Notes: a model not told the origin generated them from the letters alone. A DNA stretch of 63,042 nucleotides, filler included, from 14 parts of 14 records of this genome joined end to end with filler, not necessarily neighbours in it; one strand, 5' to 3'; shown: positions 38,734 through 51,636, counted from the first letter of the whole stretch. A program made the numbers and translations.

Positions 38734-39380
38734 TACTCGTCCTTCACATTTCCCGGAATAATTGCGGTTTTCTCTTGTTCACGGCGATACCAGTAATAAG
38801 CCCCTTTCGAAATCATTCGCAGTTGCAGTACCAGTCGCTCTTCTAATTGCCGACGTTGTTCGACGCCGACGTCCAACGCCTCGGCACCCGCACTGAAGAC
38901 AATTGTCACCATTGCTTCGGCTTGCGCTTCAGTAAACGCACGCGGCATATGGTTTTCGAGTTCCAGATAGTCCGCAAGTTCCGCAATGAAGTGCTGAATT
39001 TCACGCGCAACGGCGGCACGAAACGCAGCGGAGGTGCCGGAGCGTTCCCGCAATAATAACCGGAAGGCGTTAGGATTATTACCGATGAACTCCATAAATG
39101 TGGAGACCGAGGTGCGGATCACACTCCCGCCTTTGGCGATACGCTGACGCGCCTGGCGCATGAGTTGGCGTAGCATTAAACCGCTCTCATCAACCATGGT
39201 CAGACCCAGTTCGTCTACGTCGCGGAAATGCCGATAAAAAGAGGTGGGAGCAATGCCCGCTTCACGCGCCACTTCACGCAAACTCAGGCTGGCGAAGCTG
39301 CGTTCAGCACTTAATTGGCTAAATGCGGCTTCCACCAGCGAACGGCGGGTTTTTTCTTTTTGTTGCGCTCTTACGCCCAT
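38733..39380 (-). CDS. fabR: TetR-family fatty acid biosynthesis repressor
   Basis: 215 aa from [10 protein letters not shown]; TetR HTH. Confidence 0.95.
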
Positions 39381-39713
39381 CACGATGTCTGAATCCTTGC
39401 CAAAAGTACTGCTGGCACTATACCAGAGAATGAACATACTGGATTGCTCCAGTATTGTGAATGAACGGTAACGCAATAAAACATATTTACTGCAATTCTT
39501 TGGCCGGTTCTTTTACGTACAGCGGAAACCTGCCGCTTAAACGGAGAGTATCGTCGATAAAAATCCAATAAAACGTCAGGGCAAAAGTAAGAAACAGACA
39601 AAGCAAAGGCCGCTCAGGATATAGCCAGATAAATGACGGGGATCAATTGGCTTACCCGCGATAAAATGTTACCATTCTGTTGCTTTTATGTATAAGAACA
39701 GGTAAGCCCTACC

Positions 39714-41114
39714 ATGCCACATTCCTACGATTACGATGCCATAGTAATAGGTTCCGGCCCCGGCGGCGAAGGCGCTGCAATGGGCCTGGTTAAGCAAGGT
39801 GCGCGCGTCGCAGTTATCGAGCGTTATCAAAATGTTGGCGGCGGTTGCACCCACTGGGGCACCATCCCGTCGAAAGCTCTCCGTCACGCCGTCAGCCGCA
39901 TTATAGAATTCAATCAAAACCCACTTTACAGCGACCATTCCCGACTGCTCCGCTCTTCTTTTGCCGATATCCTTAACCATGCCGATAACGTGATTAATCA
40001 ACAAACGCGCATGCGTCAGGGATTTTACGAACGTAATCACTGTGAAATATTGCAGGGAAACGCTCGCTTTGTTGACGAGCATACGTTGGCGCTGGATTGC
40101 CCGGACGGCAGCGTTGAAACACTAACCGCTGAAAAATTTGTTATTGCCTGCGGCTCTCGTCCATATCATCCAACAGATGTTGATTTCACCCATCCACGCA
40201 TTTACGACAGCGACTCAATTCTCAGCATGCACCACGAACCGCGCCATGTACTTATCTATGGTGCTGGAGTGATCGGCTGTGAATATGCGTCGATCTTCCG
40301 CGGTATGGATGTAAAAGTGGATCTGATCAACACCCGCGATCGCCTGTTGGCATTTCTCGATCAAGAGATGTCAGATTCTCTCTCCTATCACTTCTGGAAC
40401 AGTGGCGTAGTGATTCGTCACAACGAAGAGTACGAGAAGATCGAAGGCTGTGACGATGGTGTGATCATGCATCTGAAGTCGGGTAAAAAACTGAAAGCTG
40501 ACTGCCTGCTCTATGCCAACGGTCGCACCGGTAATACCGATTCGCTGGCGTTACAGAACATTGGGCTAGAAACTGACAGCCGCGGACAGCTGAAGGTCAA
40601 CAGCATGTATCAGACCGCACAGCCACACGTTTACGCGGTGGGCGACGTGATTGGTTATCCGAGCCTGGCGTCGGCGGCCTATGACCAGGGGCGCATTGCC
40701 GCGCAGGCGCTGGTAAAAGGCGAAGCCACCGCACATCTGATTGAAGATATCCCTACCGGTATTTACACCATCCCGGAAATCAGCTCTGTGGGCAAAACCG
40801 AACAGCAGCTGACCGCAATGAAAGTGCCATATGAAGTGGGCCGCGCCCAGTTTAAACATCTGGCACGCGCACAAATCGTCGGCATGAACGTGGGCACGCT
40901 GAAAATTTTGTTCCATCGGGAAACAAAAGAGATTCTGGGTATTCACTGCTTTGGCGAGCGCGCTGCCGAAATTATTCATATCGGTCAGGCGATTATGGAA
41001 CAGAAAGGTGGCGGCAACACTATTGAGTACTTCGTCAACACCACCTTTAACTACCCGACGATGGCGGAAGCCTATCGGGTAGCTGCGTTAAACGGTTTAA
41101 ACCGCCTGTTTTAA
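39714..41114 (+). CDS. sthA: Soluble pyridine nucleotide transhydrogenase
   Basis: GSGPGG and [13 protein letters not shown] motifs. Confidence 0.98.
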
Positions 41115-42014
41115 AACTTTATCGAAATGGCCATCCATTCTTGCGCGGATGGCCTCTGCCAGCTGCTCATAGCGGCTGCGCAGCGGTGAGCCAGGACGAT
41201 AAACCAGGCCAATAGTGCGGCGTGGTTCCGGCTTAATGCACGGCAGATAAACAACCCCATCGCGTTTGCGCTCCGGCGGCACAGCCAGCGCTGGCAGTAA
41301 AGTGATCCCGCTACCTGCCGCCACCATGTTGCGCAGAGTTTCCAGGCTGGTCGCGCGGAAGTGTGTATCTTCATCCGCCCCGGCTTCAAAACAGAAACCC
41401 ATTGCCTGATCGCGCAAACAGTGACCATCTTCCAGCATCAGCAGTTTTTCCCCTGCCAGATCGGCCATCGGTACGCATTCGCGGTTCGCCCACGGGTGAT
41501 CTTCATAGATAGCCAGCAACATTGGCTCATCAAACAACGGCACTTCAATGAATGCTTCGCTCTCTTTCACCAGCGCGAGGATCACGCAATCGAGTTTGCC
41601 GCTGTCCAGTTGCGCCAGTAACTGGTGGGTCTGTGCTTCATGCAGATACATTTCCAGCTTTGGAAAGGTCTGGTGCAGCATAGGGATAATATGCGGTAGC
41701 AGGTACGGTCCAACTGTGGGAATCAAACCAATGTGCAGCGGTCCGGACATCGTCTCGCCCTGCTGGCTTGCCATCTCTTTAAGGACTTTCACCTCACGCA
41801 GCACGGTACGCGCCTGATCCACCAGCAGCATTCCCGCCTGGGTGAACAACACTTTACGGCTGGTCCGCTCCAGCAACATCACGCCCAGCTCATCTTCCAG
41901 CTTACGAATTTGCCCGCTAAGCGTCGGCTGGCTAACGTGGCAGGAATCTGCCGCACGCCGAAAATGGCGGTGTTCAGCCAATGCCACCAGGTACTCAAGA
42001 TCACGAATATTCAT
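41097..42014 (-). CDS. oxyR: LysR-family H2O2 sensor
   Basis: 305 aa from MNIRDL; redox Cys pair in [12 protein letters not shown]. Confidence 0.98.
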   Translation of the reverse strand: MNIRDLEYLVALAEHRHFRRAADSCHVSQPTLSGQIRKLEDELGVMLLERTSRKVLFTQAGMLLVDQARTVLREVKVLKEMASQQGETMSGPLHIGLIPTVGPYLLPHIIPMLHQTFPKLEMYLHEAQTHQLLAQLDSGKLDCVILALVKESEAFIEVPLFDEPMLLAIYEDHPWANRECVPMADLAGEKLLMLEDGHCLRDQAMGFCFEAGADEDTHFRATSLETLRNMVAAGSGITLLPALAVPPERKRDGVVYLPCIKPEPRRTIGLVYRPGSPLRSRYEQLAEAIRARMDGHFDKVLKQAV

Positions 42015-42046
42015 TATCCATCCTCCATCGCCACGATAGTTCATGG

Positions 42047-42100
42047 CGATAGGTAGAATAGCAATGAACGATTATCCCTATCAAGCATTCTGACTGATAA
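42047..42100. promoter_or_regulatory. OxyR-binding divergent oxyR/oxyS promoter
   Basis: Phased ATAG/CTAT elements (GATAGGTAGAATAGCAATGAACGATTATCCCTATC) and GATAAT -10 upstream of oxyS. Confidence 0.75.
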
Positions 42101-42109
42101 TTGCTCACA

Positions 42110-42219
42110 GAAACGGAGCGGCACCTCTTTTAACCCTTGAAGTCACTGCCCGTTTCGAGAGTTTCTCAACTCGAATAACTAAAGCCAACGTGAACTTTTG
42201 CGGATCTCCAGGATCCGCT
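42110..42219 (+). ncRNA. oxyS: OxyS small RNA
   Basis: GAAACGGAGCGGCACCTC... ending GCGGATCTCCAGGATCCGC plus T-tract. Confidence 0.96.
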
Positions 42220-42231
42220 TTTTTTTGCCAT

Positions 42232-42258
42232 AAAAAAGCCCGGCGATAAGCCAGGCTC
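42232..42258 (-). terminator. argCBH terminator
   Basis: Reverse complement GAGCCTGGCTTATCGCCGGGCTTTTTT. Confidence 0.8.
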
Positions 42259-42280
42259 AAATTTATACATATAAATGTTC

Positions 42281-43654
42281 TTACCCTAACCGAGCCTGCG
42301 CAAAAGCAATCGCCTGCGCCACCTGCTGCGGTGAGACGCCGCCTTTTGCCGCACGCTTGTCGAGGCACGATTGCAGCGACAGAATCGGATAGACATCTTC
42401 GTCAATCACCTGACTGAATTTCTGCAACTCACTGAGCGGCAGATCTTCCAGCGGTTTGCCCTGACGAATGGCTTCCACCACCGCTTCACCAACAATATGG
42501 TGCGCCTCGCGGAACGGTACGCCTTTCGCCACCAGATAATCCGCCAGTTCGGTGGCGTTGGCGTAACCCTGCTGAGCCGCTTCCTGGCAACGTGGACGTT
42601 TCACCTGAATGCCGTCCAGCACCAGCGCCGCCATATGCAGGCAGTCCAGCCAGGTATCGAGCGCGTCGAACAGACCTTCTTTGTCTTCCTGCATATCTTT
42701 GTTGTAAGCCAGCGGCAAACCTTTCAGCGTCATCATCATGCCGGTTAACGCCCCCTGCACCCGGCCGCATTTACCGCGAATCAGCTCCAGCGCATCCGGG
42801 TTTTTCTTCTGCGGCATTAATGATGAACCGGAAGTCACGCGGTCAGAAAGCTCCACAAACCCCGCTTCGCCGGTGTTAAAGAAAATCAGATCTTCAGCAA
42901 AACGCGACAGATGCACCATGCCGATAGCGGCAGCAGAAAGCAGTTCCAACACATGGTCACGGTCAGAAACGCTGTCGAGACTGTTACGGGTCGCCGAAGC
43001 AAAGCCCAGCCAGCCTGCTAACTGTTCACGGTCGATTTCATAGGCCGTTCCCGCCAGCGCGCCACAGCCTAGCGGGCTGACATCCAGACGCTTAAGCGCA
43101 TCCTGCAAACGGCTTTCATCACGCGCCAGCATCTCAACATAGGCCAGGCACCAGTGCGCGAACGTCACCGGCTGGGCGCGTTGCAGGTGAGTGTAACCTG
43201 GCATTACCGCGTCCTGATTGTTTTGTGCGGTTTCCACCAGCGCCGATTGCAGCTGCCGGTTAGCCGTCAGTAACTCGCTAACGGTATCTTTGCACCACAG
43301 TTTCAGGTCAGTCGCTACCTGATCATTACGGCTACGCCCGGTATGCAGCTTTTTGCCTAACTGGCCCACTTTGTCGATCAGTTTGCCTTCCACCCAGCTA
43401 TGGATATCTTCGGCGTCGCTTTCAAGGATTTGTTGTGGCCTGGCGCGAACATCTTCCAGCAACACGTTCAGCGCCTCTTCCAGTTGCGCCTGCTCTTCTG
43501 CGGTTAACACGCCTACCGTGACCAGGGCTTTGGACCAGGCCACAGAGCCAACAATATCCTGCTCCGCCAGACGGTAATCAAAGCGCAGTGAGTCGTTGAA
43601 TTGTTTGAACCGTTGATCTGCTGCCTGGGTAAAACGCCCGCCCCAAAGTGCCAT
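42281..43654 (-). CDS. argH: Argininosuccinate lyase
   Basis: [11 protein letters not shown] signature. Confidence 0.98.
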
Positions 43655-43714
43655 AACTCTGTTTCCTTATTTTGAAATTCAATGCCGGAAAGCTGCGCCT
43701 CCGGCCAACAAAAC

Positions 43715-44491
43715 TTAAGCTAAAATCCGCGTACCCATCGGCATACCGTTAAACAGTGCCGGAAGCTGCTCCGCATGACGCCAGGAGGCGATATCTACCG
43801 GACGGCCCAGCGTGCGGGCCGCATCCAGCGCCGCGTTCACTTTCACTATCATGCCGTCAGTAATAATGCCCTGCTCAATCAGTTGTTCTGCTTTCGCGGC
43901 GGTCATTTCGGCAATGCGTTGCCCTTTGCCGTCGAGAATGCCGCTGACGTCGGAGAGCAAAATCAGATCCGCGCCCAGCGTTGCCGCCAGCGCCGTTGCC
44001 GCCTGGTCGGCATTGACGTTCATCAGTTGCCCTTCGTCTGTTACGCCAATGGAGCTGACCACCGGCAGATAACCGTTCTCCAGCAAGGAGTTGATAAGCT
44101 TAGGCGAACCTGGCTGCGCCAGTCCAACATGACCTAACTCTTCATCAAGCTGGGTCACTTTGACGCTGTCGCCGTCACCGAGAAACAAACCTACGGCCGC
44201 AATCTGATGTTTCTTCGCCCATGCCAACAGGGTTTTATTTGCCGTTCCCGCCAGTGCTCCGGTGATAATGTCTATCTGATCAGCAGGCGTCACCCGCAGG
44301 CCGTTTTTCTTTTTCACCGGCAGATTCAGCCCTTTCATCAGCTCATCCACCACGCAACCGCCGCCGTGCACAATCACCAGCGGACGCTGATGTGACTCAC
44401 GATAATTCACCAGTGCGCTAAACAGACGTTCCAGCGCCTCTTCACTATCCAGCAGTACGCCGCCCAGTTTGATAATTAATGGATTCATCAT
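43715..44491 (-). CDS. argB: Acetylglutamate kinase
   Basis: IKLGG, VHGGG and NVNAD motifs. Confidence 0.97.
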
Positions 44492-44498
44492 TGCACCC

Positions 44499-45503
44499 TT
44501 AAATAAGAGACTGCGTTTCCGCATAGCCGAAACGAATATTGGCGCACTGTACCGCTTGTGCCGCCGCGCCTTTCAGTAAGTTGTCTTCGGTCGCCACAAT
44601 AATCAGATGCTCGCCCTGAACGGCAAACCCGATATCGCAAAATGGCAGCCCAACGACATTTTTCAGCGCCGGAACGCCTTTGTCATACAGCCGCACCAGC
44701 GGTTTATGGGCATACGCCTGCTGTAACACTTGCGCGACTTGCGCCTGGGTCACACCCGATTTCAGGCGGCAGGTAATGGTTTCGAGAATGCCGCGCGGGA
44801 AATTGCCCAGATGTGGGGTGAAGATAACGTCAGCACCGAGGTGTGTGGCGATCTCTGGTTGATGGCGATGAGTAAAGACGCCATACGGTTGCAGGCTAAC
44901 TTCACAAAAGCTGTTTGAAATGGCCGCTTTACGCCCTGCACCGCTCACGCCGCTGGTGGCGTTGATCACCGGCCACTGATTGAGGTCAAGAAGATCGGCA
45001 TCAATCAACGGTTTCAGCGCCAGCTGTGCCGCCGTCGGATAACAGCCCGGCACCGCAATCAAATTCGCTTCTTTTAATTTATTACCGCACCACTCCGCCA
45101 GACCGTAGGCTGCCTGTTCCAACAGTTCCGGGTATTGATGGGTAAAGCCGTAATATTTTTCATAGAAGGTGGCGTCGTTAACACGAAACGCGCCGGAAAG
45201 GTCGAACACCACGCAGCCCGCTTCAAGAAACTGCGGCGCTAAATCGTGGCTAACTTCATGGGCGGTGGCGAGAAACACTACGTCCACCCCTGGGCTAAAC
45301 TCGCTGATATCCGACATCGGCTGCAACGGCAGATCAACGATGCCTTTTAGCTGCGGATGCAAATCGGAGATTAACTTTCCCGCATCATTGCTTTGCGCTG
45401 AAACAGTCAAAGCGGTTATGTTCATATGCGGATGGCGATTTACATAGGTCACTAGCTCTGCGCCAGCGTAGCCGCTGGCACCCACAATCAGCGTATTCAA
45501 CAT
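44499..45503 (-). CDS. argC: N-acetyl-gamma-glutamyl-phosphate reductase
   Basis: GASGYAG, PGCYPT and SGVSGAG motifs. Confidence 0.98.
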
Positions 45504-45591
45504 CGGGGCTATTCACCTTCTTATGTCTGGTTGCCAGGTTAAACGTAAAACATTCACCTTACGGCTGGTGGGTTTTATTACGCTCAACGTT

Positions 45592-45630
45592 AGTGTATTT
45601 TTATTCATAAATACTGCATGAATATTGATA
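45592..45630. promoter_or_regulatory. Tandem ARG boxes (ArgR operator)
   Basis: Two 18-bp imperfect palindromes, AGTGTATTTTTATTCATA and ACTGCATGAATATTGATA, separated by 3 bp between divergent argC and argE. Confidence 0.88.
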
Positions 45631-45656
45631 CTATCATGACCAGAGGTGTGTCAACA

Positions 45657-46808
45657 ATGAAAAACAAATTACCGCCATTTATCGAGATTTACCGCGCTCT
45701 GATTGCCACACCTTCAATAAGCGCCACGGAAGAGGCACTCGATCAAAGCAATGCAGATTTAATCACTCTGCTGGCGGACTGGTTTAAAGATTTGGGCTTC
45801 AATGTGGAAGTGCAGCCTGTTCCAGGAACTCGCAACAAATTCAATATGCTGGCAAGTATCGGACAGGGGGCTGGCGGCTTGTTGCTGGCGGGGCATACCG
45901 ATACGGTGCCATTTGATGACGGTCGCTGGACGCGCGATCCGTTTACACTGACGGAGCATGACGGCAAGCTTTACGGCTTAGGCACCGCCGACATGAAAGG
46001 CTTTTTTGCGTTTATCCTTGATGCGCTACGCGATGTCGACGTCACGAAACTGAAAAAACCGCTCTACATTCTGGCGACTGCTGATGAAGAAACCAGTATG
46101 GCCGGAGCGCGTTATTTTGCCGAAACTACCGCCCTGCGCCCGGATTGCGCCATCATTGGCGAACCGACGTCACTACAACCGGTACGCGCACATAAAGGTC
46201 ATATCTCTAACGCCATCCGTATTCAGGGCCAGTCGGGGCACTCCAGCGATCCAGCACGCGGAGTTAACGCTATCGAACTAATGCACGACGCCATCGGGCA
46301 TATTTTGCAATTGCGCGATAACCTGAAAGAACGTTATCACTACGAAGCGTTTACCGTGCCATACCCTACGCTCAACCTCGGGCATATTCACGGTGGCGAC
46401 GCTTCTAACCGTATTTGCGCTTGCTGTGAGTTGCATATGGATATTCGTCCGCTGCCTGGCATGACACTCAATGAACTTAATGGTTTGCTCAACGATGCAT
46501 TGGCTCCGGTGAGCGAACGCTGGCCGGGTCGTCTGACGGTCGACGAGCTGCATCCGCCGATCCCTGGCTATGAATGCCCACCGAATCATCAACTGGTTGA
46601 AGTGGTTGAGAAATTGCTCGGAGCAAAAACCGAAGTGGTGAACTACTGTACCGAAGCGCCGTTTATTCAAACGTTATGCCCGACGCTGGTGTTGGGGCCT
46701 GGCTCAATTAATCAGGCTCATCAACCTGATGAATATCTGGAAACACGGTTTATCAAGCCCACCCGCGAACTGATAACCCAGGTAATTCACCATTTTTGCT
46801 GGCATTAA
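45657..46808 (+). CDS. argE: Acetylornithine deacetylase
   Basis: GHTDTV, GTADMKG, DEE and AHQPDE M20 motifs. Confidence 0.97.
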
Positions 46809-46811
46809 AAC

Positions 46812-46840
46812 GTAGGCCGGATAAGGCGCTCGCGCCGCAT
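46812..46840. repeat. REP element, truncated at contig end
   Basis: GTAGGCCGGATAAGGCGCTCGCGCCGCAT. Confidence 0.9.
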
Positions 46841-46940
46841 NNNNNNNNNNNNNNNNNNNNNNNNNNNNNNNNNNNNNNNNNNNNTTAATTAATTAANNNN
46901 NNNNNNNNNNNNNNNNNNNNNNNNNNNNNNNNNNNNNNNN
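46841..46940. other. Artificial contig spacer
   Basis: N44-TTAATTAATTAA-N44. Confidence 0.99.
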
Positions 46941-48877
46941 AACAACCCTGCGCACCTTGCAACGACGTCAGCTGCAGCCCGTTCACCACCGCGGCACCGG
47001 ACGCCAGCTCCTCCACCAGCATCATCGACACAGGGGACACGGCTGCGGGGGCACCGTCCGCACCACCAGCACCGCCCACAGGCACAAACAGGCTCGAGGT
47101 TGGCCCGTTGCTGCTGCTCACAGCACTGTGGCTGCTCACGGGCTTGCATGCCGCTGTCAGAATCTCCTCTGCGGCCACAGAGGACGTGTCGTCCCCGCCA
47201 ATCTTGCGCCTTCGGGCCTCCCGCTCTGCATCGGCGGACCGTGTGCGTGTGTGTGTGGCAACGGAGCCCGTGGTGGCGGTCGAGTGCCGCGTGTTGTCGT
47301 TGTCGCTGCCGTCGTCCGACCCGCCCTCAGCGCTCGAGGCCTCACTGGCGCTCTGGTCCTCCTCGCTGTCCTCCGCCCGCCGCTTGCGTTGGAATCCGCT
47401 CCCCCGTGCCCCCGAGCGCACTTTGCTGCCACCGGATCGCCGCCCCTTCAGTTGTGAGGCCGAGCCGCTCTTGCGTCGCGTGCTCTCGCTCTCAGACCCA
47501 TCGTCCTGCTCGGCGTGGCTGGCAACGCCCGCTAATGCAGCAAGTGGGTCGGAGATGGGGGCGGTGTTGTGGGGCAGGGAGGAGGCGGATGCGCTCTGTA
47601 CGTTGATGTCGTCCTCGAGGCGGCCCGCAAGCACCTCATACTGTGGGACGGACATGCGTAAGAGACACAACAACCAACAGAAAACATTTCAGGTAGCTTG
47701 AGATCACACAAACGCAACCTCAGACCACAATATTACACACACAATCCACGTACTCCTTTCTTCGTCACGACCCAGCAGTTGCGTCTCTTGACGTCCTTCT
47801 ACAGAGATCACACAAATTAGACTCTTGCTGTTGGCTCGAAAACGCACGCATCATCCCACCGTCCATTTCACCGAAGAGATAACAAACGGACAAAATCAGC
47901 AATACTGCAAACCATACATGTGACCACTAACCCACATTGGACAAACCTTAAACAGAGCGTGAGCCGCGGGCGCATTGAACAACGTGGCTGAGATCGCGCG
48001 CTTCGAGTCTGTGGCGTACGGAGTGCCATCGCGTTTGTGAAGATGGCCCCAGTGGTGCGACACAAACTCAACCAGGGAATCGAACACGCAGGAACCCCCG
48101 TTGCTGTGAATGGCGCGGCCGATCAACACTGCACACAGAGTGTTAGCGATGTTTTGGTAGCGCGGGTCGTGCGATGTCGGGGAGAACATATTTGGAATGC
48201 GATATGGGTTCTGAATCCTTGCAATGTGGCATACGCATACGACGAGGGACAACGCGTGCTGATGATACACGCTCAATAACATGCAACAGAAATGCAGAGC
48301 AGCAACGCAGAGCATGACAAATACAGTAAGAGGGTAACAAACAAACCTTGCAGATCAGTCGGTGCACCCATATCCTCATTCTCCTCTTCAGACACGTCAT
48401 CCTCCGGCTTCAGGGCGCGGCGTGCGTGATGAGAACCGTCTGCAGAGACACCCAACGCCACAGCCTAACGAGTGCAAAACAAACAACGCGAATGTGAGTA
48501 TGCATACATATGCACGGAACGTGAGATCTTACCACACCCGTTCGACTGCCACACACGGACTGCACAGTTGCAATAGATACAGAAGAACAAGCACGCATGC
48601 GGCGCATGCGGATCACACACGCACACACAGTGGCCACAGAAGTCCTCAAACACAACCACAACGCCCATCAGATATTAGGAAGCATACTGCAACGACCATA
48701 ACGGCGTACACAGCCAAGCTTATCACATATCATGTACCGCGGAACAACGACAATGAGACACATCATGTGGCACAGAGATCGCACCTCTTCCTCATCGCTC
48801 TCCTCACGCACACGGGGTCCAGCGTAGGGCGGTGTGTAGATGCCCGCTAGCTTACGGCGCCGCTTGACAGAATCACG
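46941..48877 (-). CDS. Spliced eukaryotic gene (partial): putative winged-helix nuclear protein with acidic, Ser-rich disordered regions
   Basis: Firm phase-0 joins ...47947|47798-47754|47640... give LIGRAIHSNGGSC...FVSHHW...RDGTPYATDSKRAISATL...LFK|KDVKRRNCWVVTKKG|YEVL. Basic NLS-like QRKRR and RRRK. Exon joins upstream of ~48150 are not resolved. Confidence 0.6.
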
Positions 48878-49018
48878 CTGCACAAAACATCATGCGGGGT
48901 GAGGCATCATGATGCGGTGATAAAAGAATGACAAATGGACAATACTGCGTGTCTTTCTGTTTCTCCGAAAACTCACCACCAAGGCAAACGGGCAACTCAT
49001 ACATGCATCATTGATCAC

Positions 49019-49056
49019 GCACACATACACACACACACACACTCACACTCACACAC
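49019..49056. repeat. (CA)n microsatellite at contig end
   Basis: Seen directly. Confidence 0.85.
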
Positions 49057-49156
49057 NNNNNNNNNNNNNNNNNNNNNNNNNNNNNNNNNNNNNNNNNNNN
49101 TTAATTAATTAANNNNNNNNNNNNNNNNNNNNNNNNNNNNNNNNNNNNNNNNNNNN
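49057..49156. other. Artificial contig spacer
   Basis: N44-TTAATTAATTAA-N44. Confidence 0.99.
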
Positions 49157-49272
49157 GTGTGTGTGTGTGTGTGTGCGCGTGCGTGTACGTAGGTGTGTGC
49201 GTGGGTGCGTGTGTGAGTGAGCTTGACCGTGAGTGTGAGTGTGAGTGCGAGTGTGTGAGTGAGTGTGCGTGT
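49157..49272. repeat. (GT)n/(GAGTGT)n compound microsatellite
   Basis: Seen directly. Confidence 0.85.
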
Positions 49273-49379
49273 GAACGCCTGTGTGAAGGAATGTCGTGGT
49301 GTATGGACGTAACAATGCAGTGCGAACCAACAAGAAGACCACAGTGGGCACCAAGCAGGCAACCCGAAAGAACACATAC

Positions 49380-49795
49380 CTTTCCCACCGGGCCTACAAC
49401 CTCGATACACTGGTCGTCAAGCAGAAGCACCGTGTTGTAGGAGGTGACATTCGTGAGTTTCACCTTGGTGCCGGGCGGGATGCGAGTGCTGCAAAGATTG
49501 AGCACACCAGAAACGTCGATGGAAACAAAACGAACCTGAATTTTGACATGTGCTTGTACTCAAGACCCTTTACGATGCGCACGCCGTCAGTTAACTCCAA
49601 CATGAGAACTCGATGCTTTCCGGACTCGGTGGAAGAATAAGATGGTTGCGTGGAATCCACTATCTTAACAATTTCTAAACATAAAGGGCCCGCTATCTAC
49701 ACAGCAAGTCAGCAATCACATATATGGGTCAAGTCGTGGCGTACGACTTTCTTCGCCGCCTTGAACGCCTCGTCGGGGATTGTTGAAAGATCATC
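49380..49795 (-). CDS. Internal exons of an RMI1/TDRD3 N-terminal OB-fold protein
   Basis: Spliced DDLSTIPDEAFKAAKKV|IAGPLCLEIVKIVDSTQP...HRVLMLELTDGVRIVKGLEYKHMSKFS|TRIPPGTKVKL...VLLLDDQCIEVVG matches the RMI1_N-type pattern RxLxLxLTDG-EY-PPGxK-LLL. Confidence 0.8.
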
Positions 49796-50492
49796 CTGGT
49801 CCACACGTCAGCACAACAAGCGCATTACCAATCAACTTGGAACGCACATGAACTGTTTTGATCACTGGCGACGGCGCGTCAGTAGTAGATGGAGCAGACA
49901 TGTACCACACAATGCCTCTACGAAGAAATAGGACTTTTCAAGCTTTCGCGAGTTTCTTGAGACTTTGCACTTGAAATCTTGTTTGTCTGCTGTCAGAGAG
50001 ACAACGCATATGATATCGATATGTTCTGCTGTGCAGCCCGCGCTTCGGCCGTCATATCTACACCAATCATAGTGTGGTTCGTAGTGGACCACGGTATCGC
50101 GAGTCGCTTTCACCACGTTTGCATTGGTAGTTATACATGTAATGGCGCATCTCACACACGCTTATATATACCTCCTACCGAGAATTAACACACAGCCGAC
50201 AACAACGCTGCGCACATCCGAACACAGGCCGAAATAAGTATGAGACGCCATCACACACCAGCGAGCCCATACCACCACATAACAATATAGATACGATAGC
50301 CAAGGCCTCCACTCCTGGCATTCATAAATACACATAGAGGGTTCAAACGAGGAAACCGGAAAACATATTCACACAGCTGCGGAGCACGCGGCCGACGATG
50401 ACCAGTTCTTTCGCCCGCGATTCCGCAGCGCACGCGCAACATATGAAGCCCCCACCCCCCAAAAAAAGCACAACGAAAGATATATACAAAGA

Positions 50493-50516
50493 ACCACCAC
50501 CACCACCACCACCACC
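50493..50516. repeat. (CCA)n trinucleotide repeat just 3' of WD40 gene A
   Basis: Seen directly. Confidence 0.8.
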
Positions 50517-50573
50517 CCTCCTACCCCACTCACACAGTCTTTCTGCATCAGCACACACCCCCTCCCCGCATAT

Positions 50574-51636
50574 CTACCGCAGCTTGATCGCGGCGTCACG
50601 GTACGCCGCACGCCAGTCCATATGCAAGAACTCATCCGGGTCCACGGGGGCCGGCTCCTCCACACGATACTCCCGCGGCACCGGCAGCAGGTACACCATG
50701 CCGTCCCCGCCCGCCGTGCAGAACAGGTTGGAGTGCGGCGGGTTGTACACGGTGTACACCTCATCACGGTGCACGCGCCACGTCCGCACCACCCGCAGCG
50801 AGTGCAGGTCGAACGCCGTGACCGTGCCGCTGCTGTCCGCGGAGAGGACCAGGCGGCCGTCGCGGGAGAACGTCAGGCAGAAGACGTGGTACTGCAGCTG
50901 GGCGACCTGCCCGATGAGCGACCACGACCCCGCCTCGTACAGCAGCACACGCCCGTCGCTGGAGCTGGTCGCCGCTAACGTGTCGTCGTGGTTGAGCGCG
51001 CAGCAGTACGCGATCGCGCTGCGTGCGGCCGGGTCTCGCAGCACAGCCACACACTCAAACCTGCGCTCCTTGTCCAGCACGCACGCGGCACCGTCCGACC
51101 CGGCCGTGGTCACGTACCGCCCACTACGGGAGAAGAACGCGCAAAACACGTGGCACACGGATTGGGGTCTCCCGCGCGACATCCCACACGATCGCAGTGC
51201 CGTCCGCGCTGGCACTGCACGCCAGCTCCCCACTCGGATTGAAATCGCAGCAGTACACCTCGCGCGTGTGGCCCTCTCGTTCCAGTGAGTGCATGATGGT
51301 GCGCGTGTGCAGGCTCCAGATTTGAAGCGGAGCGGGGCCGCTGGACTCGCCCCGCACTGAAACCATCAGCCGTGTGCAGTCGCAGGAGATACGCACGCAG
51401 AAGGCGATGCGAAACCCAGTGTCCAGCAGCGTCTTCAAAGCGCCGGTGCGCGCATCCCATAATGCCACCTTTCCGTTGCGACACGCAGCAGCCACCATCA
51501 AACCATCCGATGAACCGCACGCACTGCTGACGGGCGAGGGGGATATAAAAGAAAGCGGAGGTATAGTCTCGTCATCCCCATCGTCCAAGTCCAGTAACCC
51601 TTCTTCATCACTACTTGCGTACTCACTATCTGTCAT
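50574..51636 (-). CDS. WD40-repeat protein A, coding region intronless, with one frameshift near 51150-51165
   Basis: ORF MTDSEYASSDEE...GHTREVYCCDF...IVWD continues in another frame as HVFCAFFS...VHRDEVY...HMDWRAAYRDAAIKLR*; about seven WD blades in total. Confidence 0.8.
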
